DNA of 61,489 nt, counting the filler, from Choristocarpus tenellus KU-1152 (lineage: Eukaryota > Protista > Phaeophyceae): NCBI GenBank assembly GCA_964200185.2. It is 8 parts of 8 records of this genome, joined end to end, with 100 filler letters (N's around TTAATTAATTAA, not from the genome) between each part and the next. Parts side by side here need not be neighbours in the genome. Positions count along the whole stretch, not along the records: positions 20,303 to 26,502 come from CAXNAD020008697.1; positions 26,603 to 32,936 come from CAXNAD020008360.1; positions 33,037 to 44,221 come from CAXNAD020002463.1; 5 more parts are not named here. One strand, given 5' to 3'. The number at the start of each line of letters is the position of its first letter. The first letter of the stretch is position 1. The position numbers were made by a program, and so were the translations under genes. The notes beneath the pieces were generated by a model. The model worked only from the letters and a program-made list of their open reading frames with translations. It ran no database searches and was not told the DNA's origin. This document shows, piece after piece, positions 25,591 through 39,574 of this stretch.

Positions 25591-25924
25591 TTCAATTCTG
25601 TTGACCAGTGAGGGATTTTCTTTTTCAGAGAAATTTGATTTGGATGGACCATGTAGGAAGCAAAACAGAGTGGGGGAGATGGGAGACCTTCTCTATGATA
25701 CCTTCATATCTCTTCCAACAAACCACAAAAAAGAAGGCAGAAAACCTGAATCTTCTAGGTTGTGGCCACATGAGCAGTGCAGAAGAAGATTCAAGGGAGG
25801 TGAGGGGAGGTGCAGTGTGCAGTGGGATAGCAGAACCCAAGAGTAACAACAATTGCAAGGGGCGGAGGGGATGACTAGCAGTGTCAAGATAATAGTGTTG
25901 TGGATCGTGTGATTTTGTGGCAGC

Positions 25925-26420
25925 GTGGTTCTGTTACAACACGCTCCAGAACTCACCTTCATAGGATGTGCAACTCTAATCCAACGATCTTAAGACGACG
26001 CTATGGGGGGGTCCACATTTGATAGCCACGAATCGGTGTCAGCTACTCTTCTCTCGATGCTTCAATCTGTGCTTAGCTCAATGCTTGACTTAATGTTCAA
26101 TCGAAATAAAAGGAGTGGAGCAAGAGGTACTTTGGTGGCACAAAGTATTTTTATTTTAATCACTCACCCAGTTTCTATAGGCTACAAATAAGAAGACATC
26201 TGCCAAACTGCTGTATACATAGTCCAATCATAAACCTTTATTCTGTAACTTCTAGGAATTGATGTTTCTTCTGTAAGGTTATGTATGCATTCTGAATCTT
26301 ACTCTGCATCTTCTAAGAAATCAGCATTTAATCTGTAGACCACCTATGTGCTACTAATCTCGTATACTGCTCGCGCTTGCTAGAACACGAGAAAAAATGC
26401 TCGCGCTATTTGCCTGTAAT
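25925..26420 (-). repeat. Dispersed repeat of about 480 bp, homologous to 48672-49145
   Basis: Long near-identical blocks (acagattaaatgctgat..cttagaagatgc, aaccttacagaagaaac, aggtgagttctggagcgtg..gtaac) in opposite orientation. Confidence 0.8.
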
Positions 26421-26435
26421 AGTTCATGCAGGTAA

Positions 26436-26502
26436 GACTCAAAGTATCTGGGAGGGGGTGGCGGCTGTCCATTTGGGGTCAATTTTTTCATGTCGCAATT
26501 TT
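26436..26502 (-). mobile_element. MITE family A, truncated by a gap
   Basis: gactcaaagtatctgggagggggtggcggctgtccatttggggtc. Confidence 0.8.
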
Positions 26503-26605
26503 NNNNNNNNNNNNNNNNNNNNNNNNNNNNNNNNNNNNNNNNNNNNTTAATTAATTAANNNNNNNNNNNNNNNNNNNNNNNNNNNNNNNNNNNNNNNNNN
26601 NNTGA

Positions 26606-29600
26606 CCCCCCCCCCCCCCCCCCCCCCCCCCCCCAGTCGCTGTCAGCATTTGAGCGTGCTCTTCAGCAAGAGCCTAGAGGTAGATAGAGATTCAATGTAT
26701 AACATGGAGGAGAGAGGGAGAAATAAACGCAGCTTTAAGCAATATTAAAGGGATATATTTGAACAAGCAAGACAACGATATTACATAAAAAGAAAGGAAA
26801 TAAATCTAAGATATAATCAATGCTTGGAAGGAACACATGCACAGTGGTTGAACGTAGTGACTACCTGAATAAAGTCGGTGGGCTATTATAAAGTCGGTAG
26901 GCTTCAAACCTTTTCCAAGTTAGAATTATTCTTCTTATCTGTCCAGAGGCCAAATCAAATCAAAAGTCTCCACAACACTCCCCAGAAAACCCAATAATTG
27001 GGAAAGGGGGATCCCTCCCCCAGGCCACACTACAACATCAGTGGGAGTTGAGTGATACCAACAATGAGGAAAGGCACTCTCTTGAGAGACCAATCACAAT
27101 GTTAACCTCAGGATGTATTAGAGTCAGTTTCAGGTGGAGGGGCAAGCACGGGGGGAGGGAGGGGCAGAGAGGGGGATTTCGAGGTTTTGCACCTGAGTCT
27201 GAGCAGGATTGTGCTGTGATGCCAGCTGAGCCCGGCGCTTTCCTTCCTCAGCCTGATTTTTGTTTTTAAATATCCCAGAGTGAACACACAAAAGGAGAGG
27301 TAGGAAAGGGATGAGTGGGGGGGGGGAGAGGGGCTGTATTCTATCCTCAACATCTTGACAAAACAAAGTCAAAGAATGCGATACAGTTAATGCAAACCGC
27401 ATCAACTATCCAAAACAAAAGCATCGCAAGTTACCACGGAAGTATTGGGGAGCACATACAAGAACTGTAACACTTTCAAAATTTAAACCGCGTTGTAAAT
27501 TATCCTGTTACTTAATTCTTATTACCTCACCCATTTACCATGCCCTATGCTTCATGGCAATCATATGATGCACTGTTTTCTCAAAACAAAAAAATCTGCC
27601 TAAATATCCAATGAATTTATATACATAACATACCCACACAGTACAAATTTAGGTAAAATCTGTGGTGGAAGGGAAAATCACCCTCTCACCTCCCTCACCA
27701 CACTACACAGATATAAATATTCTGAATTGCCAACGCATTGAAATTTTTTTGTAACCATTGCTGTCAAGCATAAAATCATGTCTTAATAAAATCCGTGCCT
27801 TCCGATCAACCATCTCATTTCTTAACAATCAAGTCTTACCTGTATGTCCTTCAGCTTGGCTGCCTGTGCAGTCCCAGCAGCATTACCCCAAGCAACCTGC
27901 TGCTGTTGCTGCTGTCCCTGCAAGATGGCCTTTGTCTTCTCCTCTTGCTTGAGTTTTTTCTCAAATGCCTAATAAGGTGTTTGGACCGTTTTTTATTTTT
28001 TATTAATTCTATTAAAATCACATGACAATGCACTAAAAAAAACACACATCATTCTGCCACCCCTCCCCCCCCATCACATCACAACCTATCGGCAAACACA
28101 TCACTAAAACTAGACAGGAACAAAAAAAAAAAAGCCTAATTTTTTTTTTCTTCCAAAGATGTGGATAATGAATGCGCGCCTGACAGCACAAGCACACCTC
28201 TAAATCAACCAACATCCACAATATATATTCCCCATCACGTGTCCCAAAAAATCACAAAGAACGAATCGTCCTCGCCTACAAAAACACCCTAAATCAGCAC
28301 CAGAAAGGGGTCTGAATACATACCGAATACATCCGATATCTAACCTCACCACCAAACCAATACACAACCTACAACACAAAGCAGTTTCAACACCTCTTCA
28401 ATCCCCCAAACACACTCGCCTTTCGCATCTTCTGGTTAAGACCAGCCGGCACCTGGCTCGCTGCAGCTACAAGCGGCACCGGCTCAGGCTTTGGCGCTGC
28501 TGGCTTCTCCAATTGCTCCCCATCAGGCCCTATGGCTGGAGTGGGTGGCCTACTACTCACAATCGGGACTCGCGCTGGCTCCTCCGCCTGCATCAATCAG
28601 GGTACCCAAATGCTAAATAGTCAGTGCCAGAAGAACAATTTGTGAGTGCTGTAGTGAAACAATCCGATGCCGGTATGGAGTATTGAATACTGTCATTGAT
28701 ACGTGTGTATATTCACATTACACCTGCAAATGCCATAATAATCAATCCGATGCCCTCAATATCTGTTTGGTGAGGTTCTTCAATTTGACCTCAAAATCAT
28801 GGAACAGATCATTCTTCAGGTAGATTTGGTACTACAGAACTGAACCAGATATCGCACCCGTATTCAAGACGAGAAAAGCCCAGGCATGGGTAGGGCAGGG
28901 GGGAGATTTGGTATGGCGATTCTGTTGTCCACCACTGGGATAGAACTACCAAATCAGATAAAAACATGTCAATGCCAAGTCATGCCTCATTGGCCATGTC
29001 ATCCGATCTCTAAAAGAGAAAACTCAAAGTGTATATACCAAGACTGTCCAGGAATATACATTGACATTTGTCCACAATGTCAAACACTACATATATATAC
29101 CTCTAAGGATGTATTTCTTCAACATCAGATAGTACCACTTTCCCCAACAGAGTAAGCACAAAGTATGAGTTAAGGCTTTCACTCAGCAAGACTTTCAATA
29201 TTTCTTCTGTCCAAACTTTAACCCTGAGAGCAGGACAACTGCCCCCCCCCTACTCAATATGAGGGAAAAAACAGCACCTACTACGAACAGAAAAAACGCC
29301 TACCATGACAAATATCAATAAAAATATTTTTCAAATGTAGCAATCTCAAACCCTCCTTTCAAAAAATCACACCATGTCAAGCCTTCCTTTACACTCTATA
29401 CCACCCCAATTCACAAATATCCCACACACCATCCAAGTTATACAGTGGCTAATGCACAGCACTCATCGTTACACCTTAGCAACAACCCTCATCACACACC
29501 CACCTGCTGTTCCTGTTGCTGCTGGACCTGTCTCTGCGCCTGCTGGTGCTGTTGGATCTAAATAACAATGAAGGGGAGAGCAGTCAAGGTGTTGGGTCAT

Positions 29601-32600
29601 TGAGGGTAAGACCATGTGTTGCTTACAAGATCATAGTATCCTCCCCACTCCCTACTGATGTCACATTATCAACAGGGTCATACACTTATTTTATTTTTAA
29701 ACACATACCACCCAGTCCAATCAAGCGAACAGGAAAGCGTTTCAGCACAGGAGACTGATGGCAAACAAAAATTATAGCTCTTAACACAAAGCAAGGAGCA
29801 ACAAACCACAGTTGTGCAGCTATCAAAAGCAGACGCTGTCGAGAGGAGAAACACAACAACTGCCACAACATCAATGAACACAAAATAGTAATGTCATTTT
29901 TTTCATTGCATTGCCCTGAAATCACCTGTGCTTGCTGCAGTTGGATCTGCTTTTGAGCTTGCTGTTGATGCTGTTGTTGAAGTAGCATCTGCTGGCGCTG
30001 CTGTTGCTGTTGTTGCTGCTCCAACATACGACGGGTTTCTTCCTCCTGAACAAGCAAAACAACCCATTAGAAAAAAATATATACAACAGACACAAGTTCC
30101 ATAACTCTGGACGCGACAACGTTTACCACCTCCTTAATAAAAAAAGTCCTTCAACAATTCAGGCCCAGATCCTGTTTCACCAGGTTGTGCTCCAAAGCAC
30201 TCTCCCAAAAGAACATGGCACACAGATCGTATTCCATCTCTTTCCGTACTGAATGAGAAATGCCATACTTCAACACCATGTCCATTGATTTGCTACAGAA
30301 ACATGTAACAAAACCCACTTACCAATTAATTACTTGATTCGTACGAGGTTACTTCCAACACCTCCCCAACCGGTCAGCTTCGTAGCAAGGCAATAAGAGC
30401 CCCTTCAGTGCATAAACCACCTTGCTCACGATTACCCTACTTACAAGAAAGCCGTACATTTCCTGAGCACATCAGGATGTAACAATCTCTTTCAACAATA
30501 CTTAATGTCACACAAAAACAACAAAAGACTAGTAGTAACCTGAGTTAGCAAAACCTTGCTCTAAATCACGGTTGATCATTGATCCCATAAGCCTTTACTT
30601 CACTCTAAGACCCACATAAAACAACTCTTTGACTCAAAAGACCACCAAAAGTCTAATCACTTATCACAGGAAGAACGAAAGCCACATCAGCCTCATCCTT
30701 CATTTCAAGCATCAGAACCAAAACCTGTCGAAACATATCTATCAAGACCAAAAGCAATGCCCCCCCCCCCCTCACCTTCTCACTCCCCCACTAAACAAGC
30801 CTTTTATCAATACATTTCATGCGCAAACCCAGATCACACCTGTATCTCTTTCAAACTCTTTGTTTCTTGGGTTTCATGCATCCTAGCCCAGGCATTTGTG
30901 TCAGGCTGGGGTGCTGGTGCAGCCGCCTAATTATTTTTGTGTATATGTCAAACAAGAGGGGGGGGGGCAATACATTTCACGGTTATCATTGAGGCAGTGG
31001 AAATAGCAATGGATGACCATGCAACTATTTAACTTCTACTGGAAATTCTGAAGTCACCATGAGCATACAGAGCCTCGTAATAACCAAAACTACGCCAACA
31101 CCTCAACACCTATTGTCACAAAAAACCTGAAAGTTATTACAAAATGAACAACACCAAAACAAATGTTCCTCCATTTTCATTCAACAATTCTACCTAATGT
31201 CCTATTGTCTGATATCTAACAACTCACCGGGCACCCAATAATATGCTTGTGTGCATAACATCAACCACAAAGAGATCCTAACAACAGGGAAAGGGCACTT
31301 AATAAGCATATACCCCCATTCAAGGTTTCTTCATTCATGAGAGTACTACAAAAGCAACAAGGAGATGACCTGTCCTAGCAAACCCAACACATGATGTAAA
31401 AACAAAATCATGACCCACGGAACATGAAACCTACATTGGGCAGTCAAATCAAAACAATCCAAGTAGCTGACAATCAGAAGAAAGGAAAATTTCACCTCCG
31501 GCTCCTGCTGACGAGGCTGCTCCTCCTCTTCCTGTTCCCGCTTCTGTTGTGGTTGCTGCTGCTGCTGCTGCTGTGGGGTCTGTTGCTGGGCCTGCTGTTG
31601 CTGAGCCTGCTGTTGCTGAGCCTCCTGCTGCTGAGCATGCTCATGCACCTGCTGCTGCCTCTGCTGCTCAAGTTGGGCCTGCTCTTGCACCTGCTGTGCC
31701 TGCTCTTGCACCTCTTGCTGCGCCTGCTGCTGCGCCTGCTGTTGCCTCACATGCTGCTGCTGTAACTGCTGCAACTGCACCTCCCGTATACTATGGTGAT
31801 GATCAAGCCCTTGGTGCTGCTGTGGCGACATGAGTGGTGAAGGTGTCTGTTGTTGTCCTAGGTGGGCATCACCCCCTCTTTCCACTTCCTCCCTGTACTG
31901 TTGCCGTTTTACTGTTACCTCTGACATCCTATGCCTAGTTGCGAGGGCATTGGCAGGGTCATTTATCCCCCCCCCAGCCGCTGCTGCTGCCGCCGCCGCT
32001 GCAGCCACAGCAGCAGCCTGCCGTGCAGCCTGGAGTTGTGTCTCAGTATCCTATTGAGAGGCGGAATGATCAAAGGGCAGTGCATCAGTTGAAGACAAAA
32101 CAGTGCATAGATACAGGCGTATAATCACTGCTATTGGTATTGTCAAGGACATCACATGACGTGATACAAAGAGATCAGCAGAGGAGTTGAAAATAAACAC
32201 AACAAGAGGAAGTTTCACCCTGAATCCTTCCCAATAGTCCCTTTCATATCACAACACAACACAGATACAAGCTAGAATTTACATATGCATGTACAAACTT
32301 CACTAGATACTGAGAACCATTGCATAACTCTTGATCACTACCAAGTAGTAACAAATGGAGAGTTGCACAGAAACCTCCCTCACACAGTATTCAAACCAAC
32401 ACCTTGAAGAAAAAAAATATAGTACTCCAACCCCATCTAAGGCTGTTTAAAACAATTAAAGTGTTAACAAAATATTACTTGGAAAAAAAAAAATTGAAAC
32501 AAAAATAAATCCTCCCTGTCTCCTCCCACCTCAGCTAGACCTAAGGACAACAGCTACCATGCCCATAACCCATGAGCATAAGAAATACATGCGAGAGACT

Positions 32601-32792
32601 AAGAGTTACGCTTCCGCACAACCAATGTCAAATTTGAATTTCTCTCACCTCCTGATCATCCCAGACCTGCTGAGCATGAGCCTGAGCTTGTGCCTGTGCC
32701 TGTGCCTGCAGCTGAGCCCACACACTACTCTCCTGACTGTACCTCTTCTCATCTCCCTGCAAACTCACAGATGACCTCTCTCTTTCCCTCAT
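26606..32792 (-). CDS. Partial Gln/Ala-rich protein with GIGYF/GYF-family-like motifs (9 internal exons; both ends lost in gaps)
   Basis: Phase-0 exons 32792-32649, 32050-31496, 30926-30840, 30045-29926, 29557-29504, 28587-28420 (GC donor), 27968-27840, 27252-27193, 26673-gap. Repeated motif AW...SLKEIQ|EEE and AWG...KLKDIQ|AEE between polyQ tracts. No GYF domain is visible. Confidence 0.7.
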
Positions 32793-34207
32793 CTACAAGA
32801 AAAGAGCAGTGTTTTGTTGAAGTTACAACATAACATTACCCAACAAATAACCAAGGCAACCAGAAAAAATAAGGGGAGACGGGGGAGGGGGGGGGGGGGC
32901 AATCTAACATGAGTGCAATCCTACAATGTTGGACAANNNNNNNNNNNNNNNNNNNNNNNNNNNNNNNNNNNNNNNNNNNNTTAATTAATTAANNNNNNNN
33001 NNNNNNNNNNNNNNNNNNNNNNNNNNNNNNNNNNNNGGATGTGTGGTGGTTGTGTTGGGAGGACAGGGGGTTGTTATGTTGGGGTGGGGATGAGGGAGGG
33101 GGGTGGGGGAAGGTCTGTGTATGTGTTACTCCTTGTCATTAATCCCTTGATTGCTGCTGTTGAATATGTTGTCCTCCATCTTTCCTGTGTTGCCCACCCC
33201 AAGCTTTGTCAAGTCATGTCTCTCTTCACTGATTTTTCTCTATTGATGGCACTTCCCACCCCTCTCACATCCTTGGTGACCTTCTTGTTGACAGCTTTAC
33301 TGTACTGTTGTGTGGTATGAAGTAATCACAAGGTAAGAATTTCATATTTTTAGGCCAAACATTGTTGGAGATCTCAAACTGGAGAACATGATTGCTTATG
33401 TATTTCTTTGCCAGGGGGGGGGGGGCATGCTTGGGAGGTTTGTATATGCATGTGTAACAGGTCGGAGGAGGGAAGGGGTGGATGAGGACAGACTGTAGTT
33501 TACTGTTGTGGCATCTCACTCGTGCTTTTTTCAGCCCCTTGATGTTGAATACAATCAATATTTCTCCATGGTAGTAGCCCTAGGTTTCAAGTGCCTTGCA
33601 TGCTCCCCTTCAATGCTCCCCCTCACTTATCCTCCCACTCAGCATCAACCAGAAACTTTACTAGGTCTTGGTCAATGTTGACAAATCTAATGCAAGTTTA
33701 GCGTGACAATCATACATGATAGAGGGTTCTTTTCCTTGAGCTTGGGATGACCATCGTTTGAACGACTGTGTCATCTACTACTGTTGTGTTTTAAGAGACC
33801 AGAAGTGCTCCAGTACCCTTGTGGTGTTTTAGGGGCAGCTTTGAAGCACTTGACACATAACTGCTGTTCACATGATCACCCTCCTAGTGTTGGAGAACTA
33901 TGAGGGAGTCTTTTGAAGGTGATTTCAGAAGGTGTTTTGGAGCAATTTGTTTCAAGAGTGGTGCCTTGCTGAAATATGCACATGTAGCTCAATACTTGAT
34001 TGCCTATATACACTTCCTAAAGGTATGTTACTTTAAGTACTCAGAATAGTATATATCTAGGGTGTTGAAGATTGTGGTAATCCTCAAGCCCTGAGGTTAT
34101 TTTTGTCAGCCTCACCACTGTACCATGCTCGGAAAGGATACAATTCTATCCCAACGCCTCTCTGTCCCTCTCCCTTCCTTTGCCTCATTCCAACTTTGCC
34201 CCGGAAG

Positions 34208-34565
34208 ACCACACTCGTGCGGCTGATCCTAGGCTTACTGCCTCGTTCTGAGGGGGGAGGAATGGTGTCCTTCCAAGGTCGTCCCATAGAGGAGTGGGAT
34301 ATGGCATCATATCGAGAGAGAATTGCCTGGATAAATCAGGTGTGTCTCCTTTCAACCCCCTTCCCCTCCTCACGCAAGGAAGAATGCCCTCACTTCCTCT
34401 TTGTATTTTTTGCTTCTACTCCATACTTGCTACATGGTATTATTATTGTGGAAATAGAGCAACGTGGATTGAATGTTTGTTAAACTCAGCACTATGCACA
34501 GCTCATTCAAAGATTTTTGTAAGATACTGGCCTTTCCAAGAAGATCTGTCCTCATCTTTGTCGTC

Positions 34566-34600
<35 letters not shown>

Positions 34601-37289
34601 GAAATTTTTGGAGAAATGCATCAGCAGTAACGTTTTGCAAACACCAAACCACCACTTTTTTTTTGTCGATTTCCTCTTTCCCATCCCATGGTACCGTGCT
34701 AAATGAATATGTCTGTGACCAATTTTCTGGGCTCTGGCGCTCTGTGGGGGAACTCACTGCCACGGAGGGTTAGGTCTCTCCCCGATTCCAACTTTCTGCT
34801 GGGGAAAACATTGGGGTAGGTGATGCCGAACAATTCTCAAATCAGGAGATGTGGTTCAGGGCTGCAGGGCTGGGGGGAGCTAGTGAGGCTATAGAGGCGT
34901 TGCCAATGGGCTATGACACACTGTTGGAAGGCCTTAGCATGGGATCCAACTTCGGAAACGCCCATAGGTATGTTCCTGTCTTTGATTGGGTGGAGGGGTG
35001 GGGGGCAGAGAAGTGAGGGGGAGAGATAGATGATTTGTATGAGCTTGAAGTTGTGCTAGGCAAAGAGGAGTTGACATTTAACCAAATTCAGGATACGGGC
35101 TATGTATGCACCATTTATGTAAGTTGTGGGTATTCTGTGTGTCCCTGATGAAATGGCTGGAGGGGGACCTACTCCACAGCAATATTCAGCATTTTCTACA
35201 GAGTTGGTCGTTGTCATCGAGAAGATCAACAACCAGGATGAGAAATAGGCCCTAAAAATCATCGCCTGTAACAGAGCCTCCTACTGTCCAGTGACCTTTC
35301 CTTTCAATACTGCATGGTGTTCAAAATTTTTAGTTGACAGTACTGTGACTTATGGAAGAAAATCATTGGCAGGCAGTATAGGTATGTAGTTACTTTGTAC
35401 TAGCATTAGTGGTTAATGTTTTCTATCATGTTATACTACTCTGACAACCTCCTATTGTTAGTCAACTCAGTTTTTTTCTAGATGGAGTTGGCAGCCCACC
35501 TTCCAAAAGGCCGTATTTGAGTCACTGAACCTACCTGCCTGATGTCCACCAGGACTGAAGGTTAGTGACCTCTATCACGTCGGATGAGTCAGTGAGAAAT
35601 TGGTTTCAACCTCTTGTTCACATGTTTGCCTTGTGTTGTGATCAAGGCAGACCCAAATTAGACTGAGGCCCATTCCTAACAAGGAAGCAGGTTTGTTTCG
35701 AGGTGAGGAACTCAACATGCATGTGTAACAAACAAGAATATGCAATAAAGTGGAACATTTTGTTCCTAACAAATTGAGCAAGTACGGTCGTCATGCACAT
35801 AACTTAAAAAATCTAAACAGAGAATCGTTATCATATGTAACTCTCTTACCAGCTCTCCAGCAAGACAAGGAAATTTCTAACAGTATTATGTGGCATAGCA
35901 CATCTGGCATTCCAGGAAATAATTATAATATGAATAATAATATGAAACATATGAAAATGCATCATGCAATATGTGACTTTAGAAGAAAAAAAAAATGTGT
36001 TCTGTAAAACCTTTTGCATTACAACGAGAATCCCATGCACCTTTGGTGTGGAAGTCCCTCATTTTACAACATTCCAAATCGGTCATTAGAAACGGGCCTA
36101 CCTTCTCTTGCTTTTTAAAATTTCACTATGCCTTTTCTCACGCTTTGAAACACTCACCGTTACAACCTTTCATACTATAATATTGACAATGCCTCTGCAT
36201 GTTGTGGCAACTCCGTTTCTCATATGACCGATTTTTTCGTAACATTTACATGAATTAATATTTTTCAGTCCAATTTTCTCTTTCCTATCTTCCGCCACTA
36301 TGTCCCACATTGCTTGAGTGTTTGAATGGCTCTTTTTAAGCATGTTTTCCCTTGTCTTGTCCCCCCTCTGACAACGCCTGCAAGATGTATGTGGACCTAC
36401 AACAACTGTTAGTGTTTGTAAAGTATCTGTTGGGTGCACAGCAACAGTGAAAGTCACGCCCCCCTCCCCCACCCTCCCTCATACCAACCCCCCTGTGTTT
36501 TTCCCATCCATACAGCTCTGGCCTCTCTGAGGGGGAATGGCAGAGCCTGATACTCTCACGCTTTTTTATGAGGGCAGATGTGGCCCGTTTGTTGGTCCTT
36601 GACGAGCCCTTTGCCTGCCAACATCCAGCAGTAGCAAGGCGCATGATGTCCATGCTTGGGACTCAAGCCAGAGCTACGGGACAGGCAAGTATTTGGGGGG
36701 GACTGTGGCGCAGTTGATGGTGGGTATGGAACTTCAGCCTTGTGGAGGCATTTATCAGGCACTGTGAGGCACTGTGAAGTTACAGTCAGTCAGTTGGACT
36801 GAGACAGTCGAGTTTATGACATTTAGGTAAATGTCTGTACATTTTGACTAGGTAATTTACGGATGTACAGCATAGACAGATATTTGGGGTCTTACTTCAT
36901 GCTTTGGTTGACTGCAATTTGATCTCAATTGCATGTGTGTGTGGACCATTGTAAAATAGAGTAGCTTTTGCTGGCTCAAGGCATCTACCTACCACCACCC
37001 AGCCGCCTTTCCCCCCTCCAGCACATGTAAGGCATGAGCAAACAGACCCTAATCCTTCACTCAAGGTAAACAAGAGACTTGAATGTATCATTCCCAGTCA
37101 CATACCAATTCTGTGCTGTTTTTGCAGGTGGTGTTTGTGGCGACTCAGGACCATTCCCTAGGCAGGTGGGCAGATGTTGTAGTCCTCATGGAGAGCGGCA
37201 GGGTTGTGGTGGCTGGGCCACCATATGACTTACTGTCTGTTCCAGGCGGGCCGTATACTAGAGCCCTGCAGGCCTATCATGTCTTCTGA
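34208..37289 (+). CDS. ABC transporter, C-terminal nucleotide-binding domain (last 4 exons; 5' part not identified)
   Basis: Exons 34208-34339, 34774-34967, 36516-36684 (GC donor), 37128-37289: TTLVRLILGL, Q-loop IAWINQ, ENIGVG, LPMGYDTLL, signature LSEGEWQ, Walker B LLVLDEP, ADVVVLMESGRVV...GGPY. Confidence 0.85.
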
Positions 37290-38109
37290 GGTTGAGGGAG
37301 ACTTATTAGGCTTTATAGGTAACTGTCCTTCTGCTGTTCGCCTGCCAACAAGCATGGTCTGTGCTAGGCTCCTCTTGGTTGTGTTGTCCAAAGCTACAGG
37401 TAGTTCACTGCAGTGTATTGTAGTAGTAGCTGGAAGAGTGCAATGCTCTGAGCCAGGTTACGTCCCACCCTTTTCCTATATCTACTTGTACTGTTCCTCC
37501 ATGAAGGAGGGTGAGGGTGAGGCCCAGGGGGGATAGACTGTATTCCACATTGTTGTTAAATATGCGCTCATTCTTGGTGTTCACCTATCTGACTGCAACT
37601 GCCAGTGTAATGTTGTGTAGGTTTGTAGACTATAGTGTGGTAGGTCATTTTGGATAACCCTGTGTCATTCCTCCTGTGAACACTTTGAACGTGGTGCTGT
37701 AGTTGGTGGATACCCGTGATGATTTACTTGATGAGTGGACGTTCGCGGACGATAGGTATGATCTTTTCTGGTAGTAAGGGCCAGGAAGGCCATGAAGGGG
37801 GACATTGGCAACTGTGATCAGACTGTGTCAAATTCACTCTCATCAGTTATTTGACGCACACATGCGTACACACATTATATAGAGAGACGTCTGTCATGGG
37901 ATCATACACGCTTGCAAGACATAGGGGCAGTGGATCCATGTGTGGAGCACGTACATTTCTTTGGCACTAACATTTTGTAGATGTCACAAGGACCCAGGTA
38001 ACAGTAATAGTTGTCAATGTAAGAGACGCCTTCCAAAAATGGTTGAAAACTACCTATACTACAATGCTCCCTTAAAGGTTGGTAATTACAATGCAATATG
38101 TACACTACT

Positions 38110-38420
38110 GTGATTCCTTTAACCTGGCTTAGCCCTACAAAGATGGGCTAGGAGCTAGGGAAGCATCCCAATAACTCACAGGCCTCTTCTTGCCAACCTG
38201 CCTGGTGTCTCTAGCTTGAAACTACATGACGCGCCTCGGGAGAGCCACTTGTACAGTGACGGACACTATCTGTTGTAAGCGGGCCTTGACAGCCCCTTTC
38301 CTGCTATAACTTCCCACCCCCCCCCACACTACTGTACATGTAGCCAACTCATCTAAAAAACTTTCTGCTTGCTTAGCGAGGCGCCCGAAACTTTCCACTA
38401 CGAAAGTGTTGAGGTTAAAA
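38110..38420 (-). mobile_element. 5'-truncated CRE-like copy with RLE C-terminus
   Basis: FNLNTFVVESFGRLAKQAESFLDELA...RKGAVKARLQQIVSVTVQVALPRR, nearly identical to the ORF at 56431-57153. Confidence 0.8.
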
Positions 38421-39310
38421 TATAAGGTTAGTACTATCAATTTTTGAAAAATGTTTGCTTCTTGTTTATTTTAGAGGTAACATAATAAAGGTAAAGAGAT
38501 CCCACATTTTGTTGTGGTCACAAAGAAATTAAAAGCTATACTGAAATATGGAAGACCAGAGTGGAATTTTCAAGAGTTGAAATTTAACGGGTAAAGTTAA
38601 AAACCAAAAGTAAACTATTCTAGGCCAAAGTTACTTTCAAAAAAATAAAATGTGAAGGGTATTTTATTCTGCGAGTGGTGAATAGGGATTGATACCGGCA
38701 TTTGTTTTCTGTTTCTACTGGAATTTCTTCCTGGTGACGACCCCAGCCAAACAAGAGTCAATCTCACGTGTTGTTGTGCATGGTATGTGTGCACATCCAA
38801 TGTGTGATTTTTTTAGAACATTGGAGAGTAGGAAGAGAATGTGTGAGTTGTGAGGATTGTATATTTTTCCATTATTGGTAACCTAATAAGTGTAATTAGG
38901 GAATATGCGCTCCAACCAATTTACCATTGTAATCATTTCAGAATATGTTTATCACAAACAAAAAAATAAACGACCGTAAGACGACTAACGGTATCTAAAT
39001 ATTACAACATTCGGATCATGTTGGAGGTAACACCCCCCTTCCTTCGTGAAACGAACCAGTTGAAAAACAACCCATTGACAACACATCATTTTGTCAAGGC
39101 AAAGGTTGGGTTGATGACATTATCCTGATTGACCCTGCCAAGCACGTGTGAGCCACCCCCATGCGAGGAAACCACTCCCATTTTTTCTATCCTTTACTGT
39201 GGCACATAGACCTACCTACCCACATATCAGTTTTTGCTTAAAGTGAAGGAAGTCATGCGCAAGTTGGGACACTTCAACGGGCAAGTTCACCTTAAGATTC
39301 TCACACGCAT

Positions 39311-39574
39311 GAGCCAAAGTATCTTAGAGGGTAGAGTCGCATCCATTCAGGGGACAAAATCCAATGTTGCGATTTTGATGTAGTTTTGACTATTCTGTTT
39401 GTTAGGAAGTGTCAATATCCTTGTTACGGACGCACCTTTTCATGACATACACGTTTTACCTACTCCGAAACATCTTTGAGTAGGAAGACGTCATACAAGT
39501 ACTGCATGGGAAAGCACAGCTCCAAATAATGGACAAACAGGGCAAAACTCGTACCCTCTAAGATACTTTCACTC
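39311..39574 (+). mobile_element. MITE family B with 4-bp TSD GCAT
   Basis: GAGCCAAAGTATCTTAGAGGGTA...TACCCTCTAAGATACTTTCACTC; GCAT at 39307-39310 and 39575-39578. Confidence 0.88.

Noticed and set aside
31424-31833. Poly-Leu and poly-Ala ORFs on the + strand
   Set aside because: Antisense shadows of the CAG-rich polyQ exon.
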